DNA from: Lama glama
Taxonomy: Eukaryota
NCBI GenBank assembly: GCA_028534125.1
Contig: CM052816.1
Coordinates: forward strand, 10,976,001-11,040,000
Length of the DNA: 64,000 nt
Direction: 5' to 3'
In this document: positions 49,855-63,064 of the stretch, piece after piece
Numbering within the stretch: position 1 is the first letter of the stretch
Layout of the letters: every line of letters begins with the position of its first letter
The notes under the pieces: generated by a model
What the model saw: only the letters and a program-made list of their open reading frames with translations
Told to the model about the DNA's origin: nothing
Databases searched by the model: none
Made by a program: the position numbers and the translations under genes

Positions 49855-50482
49855 TTAAAAGACAATACCAAGTGTGGCAAGGATACAGAGCAGCTGGACT
49901 CCACATACTTCTGATAGAAATGTAAAATGGTACAATTACTTTTGAAAAGTTTGGCAATTTCCTACCCTATGACCCGTAAATTTCACTCCATATTCCAAAG
50001 AGAAATGAGTGCATATGTTCACCAAAATACATCTAAGTGAATGTCCATAGCATTATGTATAATAGTACAAGATGGAAATGATCTAAATATCCATTATCAG
50101 GAGAATGGATGTACCGTGGTCTATCCATGCAATAGAATACTTCTCAGCAGTTAAAACGGACTACTACAAGCAACAACTTGGATGAAAGTCAAAAACATTA
50201 TGCTGAATGAAAGAAATCAGTCACAAAAAAAAAAATGAACACTGTATGACTTTATTTCCATAAAATTCAGAACTAGACTAAACAATCTCCAGTGACAGAA
50301 ATTCTAATAGTGATTGCCTCTGGTGTGATTGCCTGCAACAGGGAACAAGGGAAGACTGAAAAGTGATGGACAACGTCTACATCTTAATCCAGGTGACTAC
50401 ACAGATGTATTTGTCAAAACCATCAAGTTGTACATTTAAGATCTGGGCATTTTACTCTATGTAAACTATTCCTTCATAAAGT
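49855..50482 (+). mobile_element. Old LINE-1 (L1M) 3' fragment
   Basis: acaataccaagtgtggcaaggatacagagc...aatgtaaaatggtacaa...acattatgctgaatgaaagaaatcagtcac...ttactctatgtaaactatt. Confidence 0.8.
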
Positions 50483-52184
50483 AGAGGGAATTCATATGGT
50501 TTTCTTTGTGAATACCTAATTCTGAAAAATGAGACGGAAACAAATCTGTGCAATCCCAAAAGCAATGAAATAGGAACTCAGTAAATGCAAATTCCATCTC
50601 AGTTCTGAATTTACTGCCTTCACTCTGGCAGTTTGCTCTCTGTTCTGTCTTGTGAAGCAGCTAGATTAGATTAGTGGGTTTGTCCCTAGATCTTAATCTT
50701 TGAGGATCTGATTCAAGCAACAAACTCAAACTCCAGAAAAATGACTATTTTGCACTGGATCCCAGAGGGGTAAAAAGTGATCTGAAGGCCGTGTATAGAA
50801 GCCAGGGTAGGTAGCCCTGGAGAAATGTTTTCTCAGACTTTTTATTGAATGCTCAGAGGTTCCCTATTTTCTAAACCAAACCAACGGTCACTAAAATACC
50901 AATTGGTCCACTGAGGTATGACAATATTTATTGTTTCAGTGAAAAAAAATAAGCATTTATACTTTACTAATATTTACCCAGCATGGAATAAGTAATAGAC
51001 ATGTGATTTATAAATAAATATATATAAGCTAAGATTTCTTGTTCAAATTTTTATATAAAGAGATATATGACCTAAAAAACATGGCATCTCTTGTATTTTA
51101 GACCTTCAAGTTTCATTAAATTTACCCACCTAAATGGAGACCCACATATTTTGGAATTTGTTTTTGCTTTTTTGCCTCCCCTGCTCCAGACTCTAAGTTT
51201 CTGCTCTTACTGTCAGTGTGCTGTTACTTTTGCACCCTTCCTTTTGAAGGCCCACCCTGGTTCCTTCCAGAGGGAGCCCCTCCCTCACTCTCTGTGCAGT
51301 GCTTTGGGTGGAGCCCACCTCTGTGGGGCCCATCAATCTATCTGTCCCCTTGGGCTTAGCAGTGGGGCTGGGGCACTTGACTCAGACGATCGATCCAGAA
51401 TGAATCCTGGGACTGAAGAGTTCTCCCTCTTTTCCCCAGGACATGAACCTGATGGGCTGCAGCCTTGGAATGGCTGCTACCTTCCCACCCTGAGAGCGAG
51501 CACTCATCTGTGTGAACTGAGCTAAGGTACAGAGGGACAGACAGAACCAGGTGTAGTTTGTCTGAGCCTGGATCACACAGTCTGAAGCCAAATTCACTTG
51601 AGCACAGGGATATTTTTGCTCAAAGTTGTTTAAATTATATTTTCTATCACATGGAGTAAGAGAAGGAGGTGGGAGAAGAAAGAGGAGGAGGAGACACGGT
51701 CCCATTCTCACTTGCTTTCCTGGCAGCCCCTAGCCTCACAGCATTAACATGAGGACTCTCAACATGCCCGTGAATTGGGACGACAGTTTGAAGAATGTCG
51801 AGCTAGGAAAAGCACGCCCAGCAGTATTTTAGATGAACAGAGGGAGATAAACACCAAGAATGTATAACCCTCAAAGGCAAAGTTAAATAATAACAGCAAG
51901 GTCCACGACCATCAACTGTCAGCGTGTGTCCCACACTGTGTCATTTATTGGTGCCATTGTATTACATTTTGACAAATCATTAAAACTCCACGTAACAAAC
52001 AAAGAAACGGACATTCAGAGAGGTTACTTGTCAGATGCCATACAGATAGTCAGAGGAAGAGACCTGAAACCAGGTCTACCCAATTTCAAGCCCATGCCCA
52101 TGCATCCTTTGACTCCTGGAGGTCCTCTACCTCAGAAGCAGGTCCTGTGAGATACAGTAATTGCCAAGGTCATAAGATACAGCT

Positions 52185-52709
52185 TGTCAACTAAAAAAGA
52201 TGCATAAGCTGAAAGTTGAAAGATGTTTTATTTGGCAGACTTTCTGAGGACTTCAAGCCCTGGAGGTAGCCTCTCAGATCTCTCTAAGGGACTGCTCCAA
52301 AGAGGTAGGGGAGAAGCCAGGATATATAGGAATTTTTGCAGCAAAGACCAGGTAGTCAGAACATCAAAACTTCACCATTAATTAAAGAAAACCAGGTATC
52401 TCAAGTTAAGGAATTTAGTGCTTTTCTATGCATGGGAGAATGCAAGAGTCTGGGCTAAATGAAGTAATTTCTTCGATCTGCACCTTAGCGGTCTAGGGTC
52501 AGTGTGCTGTTCTTTCCCATCCTGTGTCCCCTCAAGGGGCACTGTGTGGGTGGCTGCAGAGGCTGAGAACTTGGCTGTGGGCAGCGTGCTTGTCTCCATC
52601 CTGAGTTCCCTCCAGCTCACCCGCAGGGGTGGGGGTGTTTATAGTAGCTCACTTGACGACTGTAGCATCCTTTGTTTGCTGATATAGCAGGCAACATTTT
52701 TCATTTACA
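52185..52709 (-). mobile_element. ERV1-type solo LTR, reverse orientation
   Basis: TG...CA termini (tgtcaact...catttaca). The minus strand has TATA (cctatata) and AATAAA near its 3' end. 4-bp flanks agct/aact. Confidence 0.8.
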
Positions 52710-52842
52710 AACTCTAGAGTAAAAACTGGGTTCAAGACCTACTTATTCGTCCTTATGTGACTTTCAGCAATTGACCTTCCTAAATTTGCAATTTCTTCCC
52801 CTATACAATGGGGTTCATACTGCATGCATCAAAAAAAGTGCC

Positions 52843-53014
52843 TCAAGACCTATGTACAGCACAGGGAACTATGTTCAATTTCTTGTAGTGAGCTGTAAAG
52901 GAAACAATCTAAAATATATATTTATATGTATATGTATAACTGAATCGCTTTGCTATACACATGAAACTAACATTGTACATTGACTACATTTCAATAAAAA
53001 ATAATTAAAAAACT
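52843..53014 (+). mobile_element. Short 5'-truncated LINE-1 3' end
   Basis: acctatgtacagcacagggaactat...ttgactacatttcaataaaaaa. Near-TSD aaaaaagtgcct / aaaaaagttgcct. Confidence 0.8.
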
Positions 53015-54834
53015 GAAAAAAAGTTGCCTTGATGTTTAAATAACAAAGCAAAAGCAAGGAAACCTCCTAGCACAGTCCTTGCCAATCCCAGGGTCTCGGT
53101 AAGCGCTAGTCTGAGTCTCCCCTGCCTTGGCCGGGTCACCATGGCCCTATTTTCCCAGAAGTCTCGATGCCAGCCCTTCCCAACCATAGTTCTGAAGAAT
53201 TCATTCCAAAAGTAAATGCACACGCCCAGCTGCTCTTGTGGGACCCACAGCAAGCACTAAACATGGCAACTCTATCCTTCACTGGCTCCTGGTAATGAAT
53301 TGTGCTTTTAACCAGCCTGATGCAGCCAGCCCCCCCCCTTCCCAAGCCGAATCCCATTAGCATACACAGCCCCATTTACTGATAAATGCGTGTAATTTGT
53401 TTCCAGCATGTCACTGTTTTATGGCTGCTTCCTGTCTTGGGGCTCCAGTGATAAAGTCTTATGCAGTTGTGTTTTGTTTTTTTTTCTTGTAATTGTAGCT
53501 TTGCATTTTAAGAGACAAAAAAAATAGTTTTTAATTTAAAATCACTCATGGGTTGGCAATCCCTTGTTGCATTAAAGTGGGGGAAAGAGGGATGAACAAA
53601 ATGGGCGGGAAATCGAATAGATCAAGCCCAGTAAAGAAAATCAAGGCAGTTCTTATCCATTAAAGGGAGGCAACACCTAGTCCTGCGTCCTTTCTGAAGA
53701 ACAGGCCATTCTGTTGTCTTTCTCAGATGTTGTGACCCGGCTAAGGGGCCAGGCAAGCAGAGGTGACAGTCCCTTTAGTTGGCGAGTGGAAGGAACAGAT
53801 TCTGGTATCCAATGTCTGAGATTTGAGCCCCAGCCCTGCAACACACTCATCCGTGACCTTGGTCTAGTTAGTTGCCTTATATAAGTTTCAATCTCCTCTC
53901 CTGTCAAATAGGCAGAATAACAGCACTCAATTCATAGATGTGACGGGGTACTTGGCTGCAAGCAAGAAGACTGTATTACAATCTACAGATGTCAAGATGT
54001 GCACACATGGAGGAGCAGTAGGAGCCCCGAGTGCCCTGAAGACGGGGCAGTACATCTGTCCAGAATGCAGCTACCGGCAGCACAGACATACTCTGCTATC
54101 CTGTCTCCACCCTCTCGTCTCTTGGCTCAGGCTCACATTCAAAGAATCCAACCTAGTGCCTGATGGCTGAACTGCCTGCCAGAGGCAGGGAAAGGGAAGG
54201 TGAGGCACCCTGGAGTAGGGCTCTGTCTGGATTTCCCCACACAAGGGAGGGTCACGTGAAGACATGCACCAGGGCATCTCTCCCCCATGAGAAATGCCCG
54301 CAACAGGATGGTTATGGAAAATGAACAAAATGCACAGAAAGCCCTTAGCCACTTGCTAGAACCTAGCAGATGGCCAATAAATGGCAGCTATTATTATTGC
54401 TATAATTAGCATTATTTTCAGCAACTATCGCTCTGGACACCGGGGGTGATCCAGGCAGATGATAAAGATACTCATTTTAGATGAATTCGTGATGAGGGTC
54501 ATGGGGAGAGGGCGGAACTACAGACATTCAACATACAAGGCAGCACCTCTGAGGAAGCACTGAGACTATCAAGGCCACTTGTGAACAGGCCTTGAGATCA
54601 CCGGCAGCCTAGACACCGACGACCATCATCTGCTCTGCAGCAAAACTGGCACTGTGATGCCAGGGCCTCCCTCGCAGTTCCCAGATTCCACCACACCACA
54701 AGCGGGCTCCTCGGCTCTGCACATAACAGTTCTTCTGCTTTAATGACCTGCCTCAAGTCCCATGTGTAGGAAAGAGATCGGAGGCCCTCCTGAGGTTCAC
54801 GTGCAGTCTCAAACCCCATCATCTAAAATGGATA

Positions 54835-55047
54835 CAGGTAAAGGGACAGACTGGGATTTCAAAATGTAGAACAAACAAAATTGTACTGTGTAGCACAGGG
54901 AAATATATACAGGATCTCGTGGTGGCTCACAGCGAAAGAGAATGTGACAATGAATGTATGTATGTTCATGTATAACTGAAAAATTGTGCTCTACACTGGA
55001 ATTTCATATATTGTACAATGACTATAACTCAATGAAAAAATGTTTTA
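54835..55047 (+). mobile_element. Short lineage-type LINE-1 3' end
   Basis: tagcacagggaaatatatac...gaatgtgacaatgaatg...gactataactcaat. TSD aaaatggata at 54825-54834 and 55048-55057. Confidence 0.82.
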
Positions 55048-55692
55048 AAAATGGATATGGGTATTTTGCATACTGTTTGCATCAAAAACATGGCTGAAGG
55101 CTAAATATTAGCCCAGCGTAACTATGCAGAAAATGAAGCCTGAAGGTGGCAATTAACTCTTTGCATCTCTCTGCTGTGTACCATGGAGATTTTTTTTTTT
55201 AAGGGCAGAGTTCTCTCGATAGGTTCAAGTCCTATTAGTCAGTGGCTTAGTGCTAAAATTAAAAGTGAACTACTACCTTGGAAACCATGGTTCTGAAGTC
55301 ATTCTGATGTTGCAGAGGAAGAGAAGTGTTCTCTTAAAAATGTATGGTTTGAGTTGCCTCTGGCAGTCCTAAGCTGACCCTGTATTGTTTGGTCCCTCCT
55401 CACAGCCAAGGGACATGATGGTCTGTAAATGATGAATCTGAGGCCTTGAAAGGCTCAGAAGGGCCACTGCAGTTTTAAAAAAGGAAAGGGGAGGGGAGAG
55501 AGAAAAAGAAAGAGGAAGGAAGGAAGAAACCAACCAAATTCTATATTCGGTAAAATTTTAGTGATGCTAATAGAAAATTCAGCAGTGAGTTGAAGGTTAC
55601 TGGAATCTAGAATACATAATTATTTAGAGATGCCATACTTCACCTCCCCACCATGCCAAATCATCCACCTGTCCTAATATATTAAAGCTGTA

Positions 55693-55811
55693 GGGGGTGG
55701 GAGTATGGCTCATGCACAAGGTCTGGGGTTCAATCCCCACTATTTCTATTAAAATAAATAAATGAATAAATATCTAATTACATCCCCCCAAATTTTTTTA
55801 ATAAAATAAAA
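55693..55811 (+). mobile_element. tRNA-derived SINE (Vic-1-like), internally deleted
   Basis: B box ggttcaatcccc, (AAAT)n and ctaattac tail as in the 2536 copy. About 20 nt after gctca are missing relative to the other copies. Imperfect TSD taaagctgta/taaagccgata. Confidence 0.75.
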
Positions 55812-56624
55812 TAAAGCCGATATCCAAGTTGTGATAGTGGTAACGCTAAATGATAGAAATTCATCAAAATTCACAGGTTAATGTGCTGGGTTGTTATTCC
55901 TTCATCCAAACAATCCCGACTCAATGCCCGCTATCTGCCAGGAACAATACCGAGTTCTGGGGCCACAACAAAGAGCAAAGACAATCAGGGACCTCTGGGA
56001 ATTTCCAGGCTAGTGGAAGAAAAAGCTAATGCTTGTATAACAGAAATGCACAGTAGAAAACGTTACTAGTACTATCAGAGGGGAGGACTACTCAGGTAAG
56101 ACCAAGGCTTCTCTGAGGAAGCGCTGGCCAACAGGCTGAGACCCAAAGATTGCAACTTGGTACCAAGGTGAAGAGTGGATGGGGGTAGGTGGAGAGGAAG
56201 GATATTTTGTCTGGCAGTCATCCAACTTGCCTTATGCTCACTCCTGCCTCAGAACTTCTAAGGTCCCTGAACACCATTATTAACAACAGGCTGGGAAGTA
56301 TACATGCCCCTAGACCCACCCCTGGCATGCCAAAAACCAGAACAACAATTTCCAAGTCAAATACTATTGATCAAACCTCTATGAACAAGACCATGAAGAG
56401 TATACAAATGAGAATGCAGTCTGGTTCATCCCTGCCCTCCGTAATACCCACCTAGTTTTGAAGACAATACAAATTCATAAATAGTTAGAAAAAGTATGTA
56501 GGCTGTTCAAGGCAACAATAGAAGGCATATTCTTATTCATTTAACAAATGTTTAGCAATTATTATACACTCAGCATTGTGTGGGAAACAAAAATGACTAA
56601 GACTGGGTCAAGAAAGGTAGGGTT

Positions 56625-57522
56625 CACTACATTCCTATTAGAACGCCCCAAATCCAGAACATGGACAACACCAAATGCTGATGAGGATGTGAAGCAAGAG
56701 GGGCTCTCATACACTGCTGGAGGGAATGCAAAATGGTACAGCCACTGTGGAAGACACCTTCCAAAGTTTCAAAGAAGACAGTTCCTTACAAAACTAAACA
56801 TACTCCTACCACATGATCCAGCAATCATGTACCTTGGTATTTACCCAAAGAACTTAAAACCTTCTATCTACACAAAGTCTGCACATGGATTTACAGTAGC
56901 TTTATTCATAATTGCCGACACTTGGAAGCAACTAAGATATCCTTCAGTTGGTAAATGGATAAATGAACTGTGATATATCCAGACAAAAGACTGAGCTCTA
57001 AAGCCATGGAAAGACGTGAAGAAATCTTAAATGCATACTACTAAGTGAAATAAGCCCATCTGAAAGGGCTACTTCTTCGAAAATCATACTATGTAATTCC
57101 AATTAGATATTTTAAAAAAAGGCAAGGTTCTGGAAAAAGGCAAAACTATGGAGAAAAAACGATCAGTGGTTATGAGGAAGTTGGAGCATGTGAATAGGCA
57201 GAGCATAGAGGATTTTCAGGGCAGTGAAAATACTGCGAATGATATAATGACAGACACATGCCATTATGCATTTGTCCAAACTCATAGCATGTACAACACC
57301 AAGAGTGAAACCTGAAGTAAACTATGGACTTCAAGTGATTATGATGTGTCAATGCAGGTTCATCCTAGGTGAAAAATGTACCATTCTGGTAAGTGATGTT
57401 AATAACAGGGGAGGCTATGCATGTGTGGGAGCCAGAGGGGATGCAGGAAATCTCTGTACCTTCCTCTAAATGTTGTTGTAAATCTAAAATAGCTCTAGGA
57501 AAAAAAAGTCTTTTTAAAAAAA
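56625..57522 (+). mobile_element. Old LINE-1 (L1MC-like) 3' fragment
   Basis: ORF 56548-56973 gives a degenerate ORF2 C-terminus (AGGNAKWYSHCG...LPHDPAI...FIIADTWKQLRYPSVGKWINEL), followed by an L1MC-type 3' UTR (gtaaactatggacttc...aaatctctgtaccttcc). Confidence 0.85.
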
Positions 57523-58869
57523 GAAATATAGGGTTTTCATTGGATCTTCAAGGGGAAGAGAAGCTGGACTGATGGGAAAGTGAAGACATATATAGCCCAT
57601 GGAGACATAATGAAGGAAATAAAGCCAGAGAAAAGGGACAAGATGTCCAGTTCAGAAGTAGGTGAGGAGTTGCTCAAGCTGGCCAACTCTCACCTGCTCT
57701 GTACCCAAGGCAGAAAATAACCAATCTCCATTCTACTCTTAAGATTGCAGGAAACTTTCTTTCCAGGCAGCCACTCCTGATACGCTGAAATATGAAATTA
57801 TCCAGCAAAATAGTGGCACTACCGACAGAAACAAATCAGAGAGGTAGGAGAACTGAGCTTGGAGGGAAACGAAAAAGGTTAATTTAACTGGTTGGTAAGG
57901 ATGTGTCTAGGAGCAAACTGGTAAAATTCAGCAAGACCTATTAACCTGGGAATCTGCCCCAGAAAGGTGATTCTAGATCAATATTCACTCTTGAGCCCTG
58001 TTTGCTAGAGAAAATCACAAACCCAGGCTACTCTGGATGATTATGAATAAGGTCTTCATTTAAGACGCTACATAATTGTGGGGACGATGTAGCAAACTGA
58101 GTGAAAGCAGGAGTCTACTAATGGACTGGATTGGGGGTTTCCAAACTTCAGTCATTTGTATCATTGTATCATTCTTGTTAGAGTGTGAAAGAGGTGGTAA
58201 CAGACATACTAGCAACTAACAAAGACTTTGTCCTTTAAAGATGTAAAGAGAACTGCAAGAGGGTATATATACCTGTGTGAGTTAAATGCTACCTGTACAG
58301 GTCTGTGTGCCACCAAAAACGCATCTATCAGACCATTTAAGGCTCACATTTCTGAAACAATGGACACTGCATAATTGGTTAAAACTTACTGAGCCTGTAC
58401 AGTCAGCATTTTAAAAGCTTTCTGCTCCAAACACGTCTATTAGAAATTACTACCTCTAGTTTACACATGAGGAAAAAAAGGGGCATGAGGTTAGGAAATC
58501 TCCCTAGGTCATCCCACCAGAAAATGGTAGATCTGAGATTCAAACCTAGTCAACTTAGCTCCAGAGGCCATCCTCTGACTATAATATGATACAGGTTGGT
58601 CAGAGAGTGAAGCATCTCTATAGGGTGATGTCATGGGAAGGGTGACCTGATGGGTTGCTGAAGGTGTCATAGACAGAGAGGAGCATCTCTGGAAATCCAG
58701 AGTTTTGATGGACGGTATATACCCCACAGTTACAAGAACATAGAGAATGGCACTGAACTAAGAAAGTTAAGGTGGGCCCTCCATGGGTGAGAACACTATA
58801 TGATTAAGGATTTTCTAAGAAAATAATTTAATATAGTATATTAAATACAAATTCAAGATTATGTGAATT

Positions 58870-58958
58870 TATATGTGTGTATGTATGTATGTGTATGCGT
58901 GTGTATATATGTTTGTGTGTGCATGTATGTATGTGTGTGTATACATATATATATATAA
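58870..58958. repeat. (TG/TA)n compound microsatellite
   Basis: atatgtgtgtatgtatgtatgtgtatgcgtgtgt...atatatatat. Confidence 0.9.
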
Positions 58959-59440
58959 AGTGATAGAGAAAGGTCTAAGGTAATATTCACTGCTCAGAGT
59001 TTAGTCCAGGAAACAAAAACCACTGTAGATATCTTCAGAAGAACATGATTTAATTCAGGGATGAGACGCTTGCAAAGTCCATGTAAGAGTTAGCTGAATG
59101 CAATTTAAAATGCTGTCCGTAGGTTCCTGTGGGGGTCATAAGGACTGTTCACCAAGTCTTCCCAGCTCTCCACCTTCTTGGAACACTTCCCAGCCCCTTT
59201 GCGGTTAGGTGGGACTTGGGACTAGTTAGGACCATTGGTGCTTTGAAAGTGACATGTATGGCATGTAGGTCTGAGCACTGAATTGCCAGCACCAGGTCCC
59301 TATACCTCTCTGCCATGGTAGCCAGCGAAGACTAAGCTGATGGCTGCTTTGTCAGTCTAGATCTTAGAGTGAGGAGACACAAATTGCAGCTCCTCAGCAA
59401 TCCACAGCTGGCACGTAGCAGAAACAAGAAATAAAGCTTT

Positions 59441-59531
59441 GGGGTTGGGAGTTACAGCTCAGTGGTAGAGCACTTGCTTGGTACGCACAAGGTCCTGGGT
59501 TCAATCCCTAGTGCCTCCATTATGGGGGAAA
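59441..59531 (+). mobile_element. tRNA-derived SINE with perfect 15-bp TSD, inserted into an MLT1 LTR (~59127-59625)
   Basis: A box cagctcagtggtagag and B box gggttcaatccc. TSD aagaaataaagcttt at 59426-59440 and 59532-59546. Confidence 0.9.
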
Positions 59532-62429
59532 AAGAAATAAAGCTTTACTGTTAAAAAACAAAAACACTTAGGATTTTGAGGTTGGTTGTTACCCCAGCAG
59601 AACCTCACCTATGCTGATGGAAACAGGTTCTGACTTCAAGACCATGAACTCCCACAGCCACAGTCCAGAGAGCAGGAACGATTACTGCCAACAAAATGTC
59701 AGGCTACTGCTGTTTCCACAGCGACCACCACTGCTAAAGCCACAGCTTCCCCGAACGGTGATATTAAAGAATAAACAGTAACCATCAAGTCCACCTGCTG
59801 CCAACAGTCACAGACGCCAGCAGCATGAAACCTCAAGGGGGGCGGGGGGGGGCAGATAAAAGAATGGTCTTTGCCTCCCTTCTACCTTCAGAATCTCAAG
59901 GACACCTCCTCACCAAGACCTAAACTGCCTCCAGCATCCTAGTGGCCAAAGAGTCAGGAGAATGAGGCTTTTAGCCTTCTAGCCCCTGTGATGGAGGAGG
60001 ATGGGGACACAGAAGGTAATTGAAACAGACACAGAATGCCAAAACACAACATCTGGCACAGATTCTCAAAGTGTGCTCCGGGGACCCTCCGCAGCAGAAC
60101 CACTGGGAACACCTACCATTGGATGCTCAGCACTTATGGTCAGAACTTCAGGGGGTCTGGGCATCTGCCTTTCGACCAGGGCCTCAGGAATCCTTCAATA
60201 CACACTAAAGACTGAGCTCCTCTGGACCACGGCAAAGGGATTTACCTATAAATGTGAGAGGGGGCGGGGCAAGGTTCAAAGCAAAATGGCTCCTACATGA
60301 AAATTGTTTTGATATTTTAACGCCCCCTCTAAGGTTCATGGGTTTTTTTTAATATTTTGTATTTTTTATGTAGTTTAAAGGTTCATGTCTCTTGCCTAGT
60401 TTTAAATCATATTAAAGTTGCAACTGAGAAAAGTCAGATTTAGACCTCACATAAGACAAGACCCAAACCTTTCATTTTAAAAACAAGGAAAAGGAAGTTT
60501 AAGGTTAAGAATTTTCTGTAAGATGAACTACTTTTAGTGAGAGAATTTTGTGAACCAAAGAAATGACTGAAAACCGGATAAATTAGATTTAACCTCAAAA
60601 GACAAGTCTGTCCACCAGACACCTGTCTCTTACCCACAGATCTCAGGAAAGACTTAATCCATAAGTTACAGATGGACAGCCCTCAAGCCACAGCTGTATT
60701 CTTCTATTATATACTCTATTATTTCAACATTTGAGCTAACATGTAAAATTTAGGAGATTTCATATTAAAAAACCTACACATCTAGTTTCTCTTGAAAAAT
60801 GAGAAGAACTAACCACTGGGGCCCACGTTCCCAATTGACTCCTCTAGGAAGCAGCTGCCATCCATTCCTACCCCGCCCCACCTCCAAAGGTAAACTCTGT
60901 ACTGTGCTACAATCCCCACCATTCCCTACTGTCCCCTGGAATTTCAGGCTGAGGGTCAATGGCCATTATCCCCATGCTTAAAGTAGTATTTCTTACCATA
61001 AAGAAAGACTTCTCATAACTCTATGTTGATCAAAAGCACAGAAGCAAATATAGACCAGTGAGGCTGTGTGAGTTGAGACCTTCCCGTTTCATTCATTTTT
61101 ATTACCAATCCGCTCCAACTTGCCACTCTGGCCTTAGAGTGTCTGGTAGCATTTAGGTTCTTAGGACAGGACTGCAGCCTAAGGTCTGAACTCCAACTGA
61201 GGAGAGCCCCCACCTGGCCACCTGTAAGACAACACCCTGGACAGCGCGCTACTTTTATACGCCAGCATGAGAGCACTTCTCTATACAGGATGCCACTGTG
61301 CTGTATGTTTGAGGTAATTAGTTTGGCTCAAAAATTTGCAGTTAAATAAATGTTAATGAACAGCTGTTCCCAATAAACAGGATAAATTGAAATTAATAAT
61401 TGCCGTAATCATTTAACAAATGAATTACCCACTTTTTAAATACACCAACATCACATGTGTGATCAATCGTCAAGCCTGGCCAACCTAAGAAAATTTATTT
61501 AGTGGTGAAATGGGGCAAACTCAGAGCCAAGCAGGGCACTGTGCCCCCCAGGCTGATGATACCAAGAAAATGTGTGACGGCTTTACTTACTTTTACTTTA
61601 AAAACAGTTAATAGACTTAATTGCTTGCGGATCTTTAAACAACCCAACTCGGTAGTGTCCCAGAAGTAAAAAAACTGCTAGAAGCACTGAGTTCTTGGGC
61701 AGTGGGAAGGACATGAGCTTTGCAGGGGTGAAACTAGGCTCAATTACCTCAGTTCCCCCGTCTGCGTAATGGGAACAACAGTATTCTCATAGGGTGATGA
61801 GAAGCTTCGCATGAGATCATGTATGTCAAGTAGTTAGCGCGATGTTTGCCATATAACCGTAGCTTATTACATATTCATTTTCCTCTACACCATAAAGGGA
61901 AAAGCAAATTCCAAGGAACCAACTTACTAGCAAACTAAACATCGATCTGTTGGAGCCCCAGCACTGATCTTTCACGAAACGGCCACTTACTGTGCCAGAT
62001 GCTGTTCCAGGCACGATTACCAACGTGACAAAGGCTGTGCCCGGTAGAGCTCCCACCCTGGTTCCTTGTGACGCACGAGAACTTCGCAGCGAGTGCCCTG
62101 AGGGACTCAGGGACAGTGGGAAAGGGGTCAGGTGAGTCTCACTGGGACCACATGAACAAGGAGGGAGCATCTCCCCAAGTGTCAAATTAGTGACGAACTC
62201 ATTAGTCTCAGCAGGCATTTCTTTGAATCTAATATAAGGTCAAAACTTTACAACAACAGAACATCAACTATGGGCAAAGTTAAGTCAAAACCCTCATCCA
62301 CAGATGTGAAGGGTATAAAACCAGACAGCCAGTTTAGAGGCAAATCTGGCCACATCTGATACATTTTGTATGAGCATCAACTTCAACCCACCAATTTCAC
62401 TTCTCAGTAGTCTTCTGGAACATGACGCC

Positions 62430-62779
62430 TGCTATGTTTCTGAATGTTTCTGAACAAAAGCCTCCCCAAAATTTACACCATGGAATCCTAACATCCATTG
62501 TGATGGTATTCGGTGATGGATAAATTGCGGCTGATTACATCATGAGGGTAGAGCCCTCCTGAATGGGATTAGCGCTCTTGTAAGAGACCCACTGAGCTCC
62601 CTAGTCCCGCCCAGCTTCTGAGGACACAGCAAGAAGTCAGCAGTCTGCAACCTCACCAGCCACTGATGGCACCCAGACTTAGACTTCCAGCCTCCAGAAC
62701 TCTTGAGAAACACACTTCTGTTGTTTTAAGCCACCCAGTCTGTGGTATTTTGTTATACCAGCCTGAACGGACTAAGATA
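62430..62779 (+). mobile_element. MLT1A-like solo LTR inserted in an old L1
   Basis: tgctatg...catgagggtagagccctcctgaatgggattag...gacttccagcctccagaact...gactaagata. Flanks acgcc/acacc. Confidence 0.82.
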
Positions 62780-63064
62780 ACACCCCAATATGCACAAGAA
62801 ACACTGCCCAAGTGTATTCATCACAGTATTGTCTGTAACAGGGAAAACTAGAAATAACTTTAATGATCACCCACAGAGAAACAGCTAAACAAATTATAAT
62901 ATTTTCACAATATGGAATACTTATGGAACAGTGAGTGAAATGCTATAGAATTTTATGTACTAACATGCTAAAACCTCTAAAACATATTGTACTGAAAAAA
63001 ACAAGTTGAAACACTGTATGTGGGCTGTAATACGTAAAAATGATGCTTTTATACACACGTTCGC

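Noticed and set aside
59441..59531. Functional tRNA gene
   Set aside because: Poor acceptor and anticodon stem pairing, and a flanking 15-bp TSD indicates a retroposed SINE.
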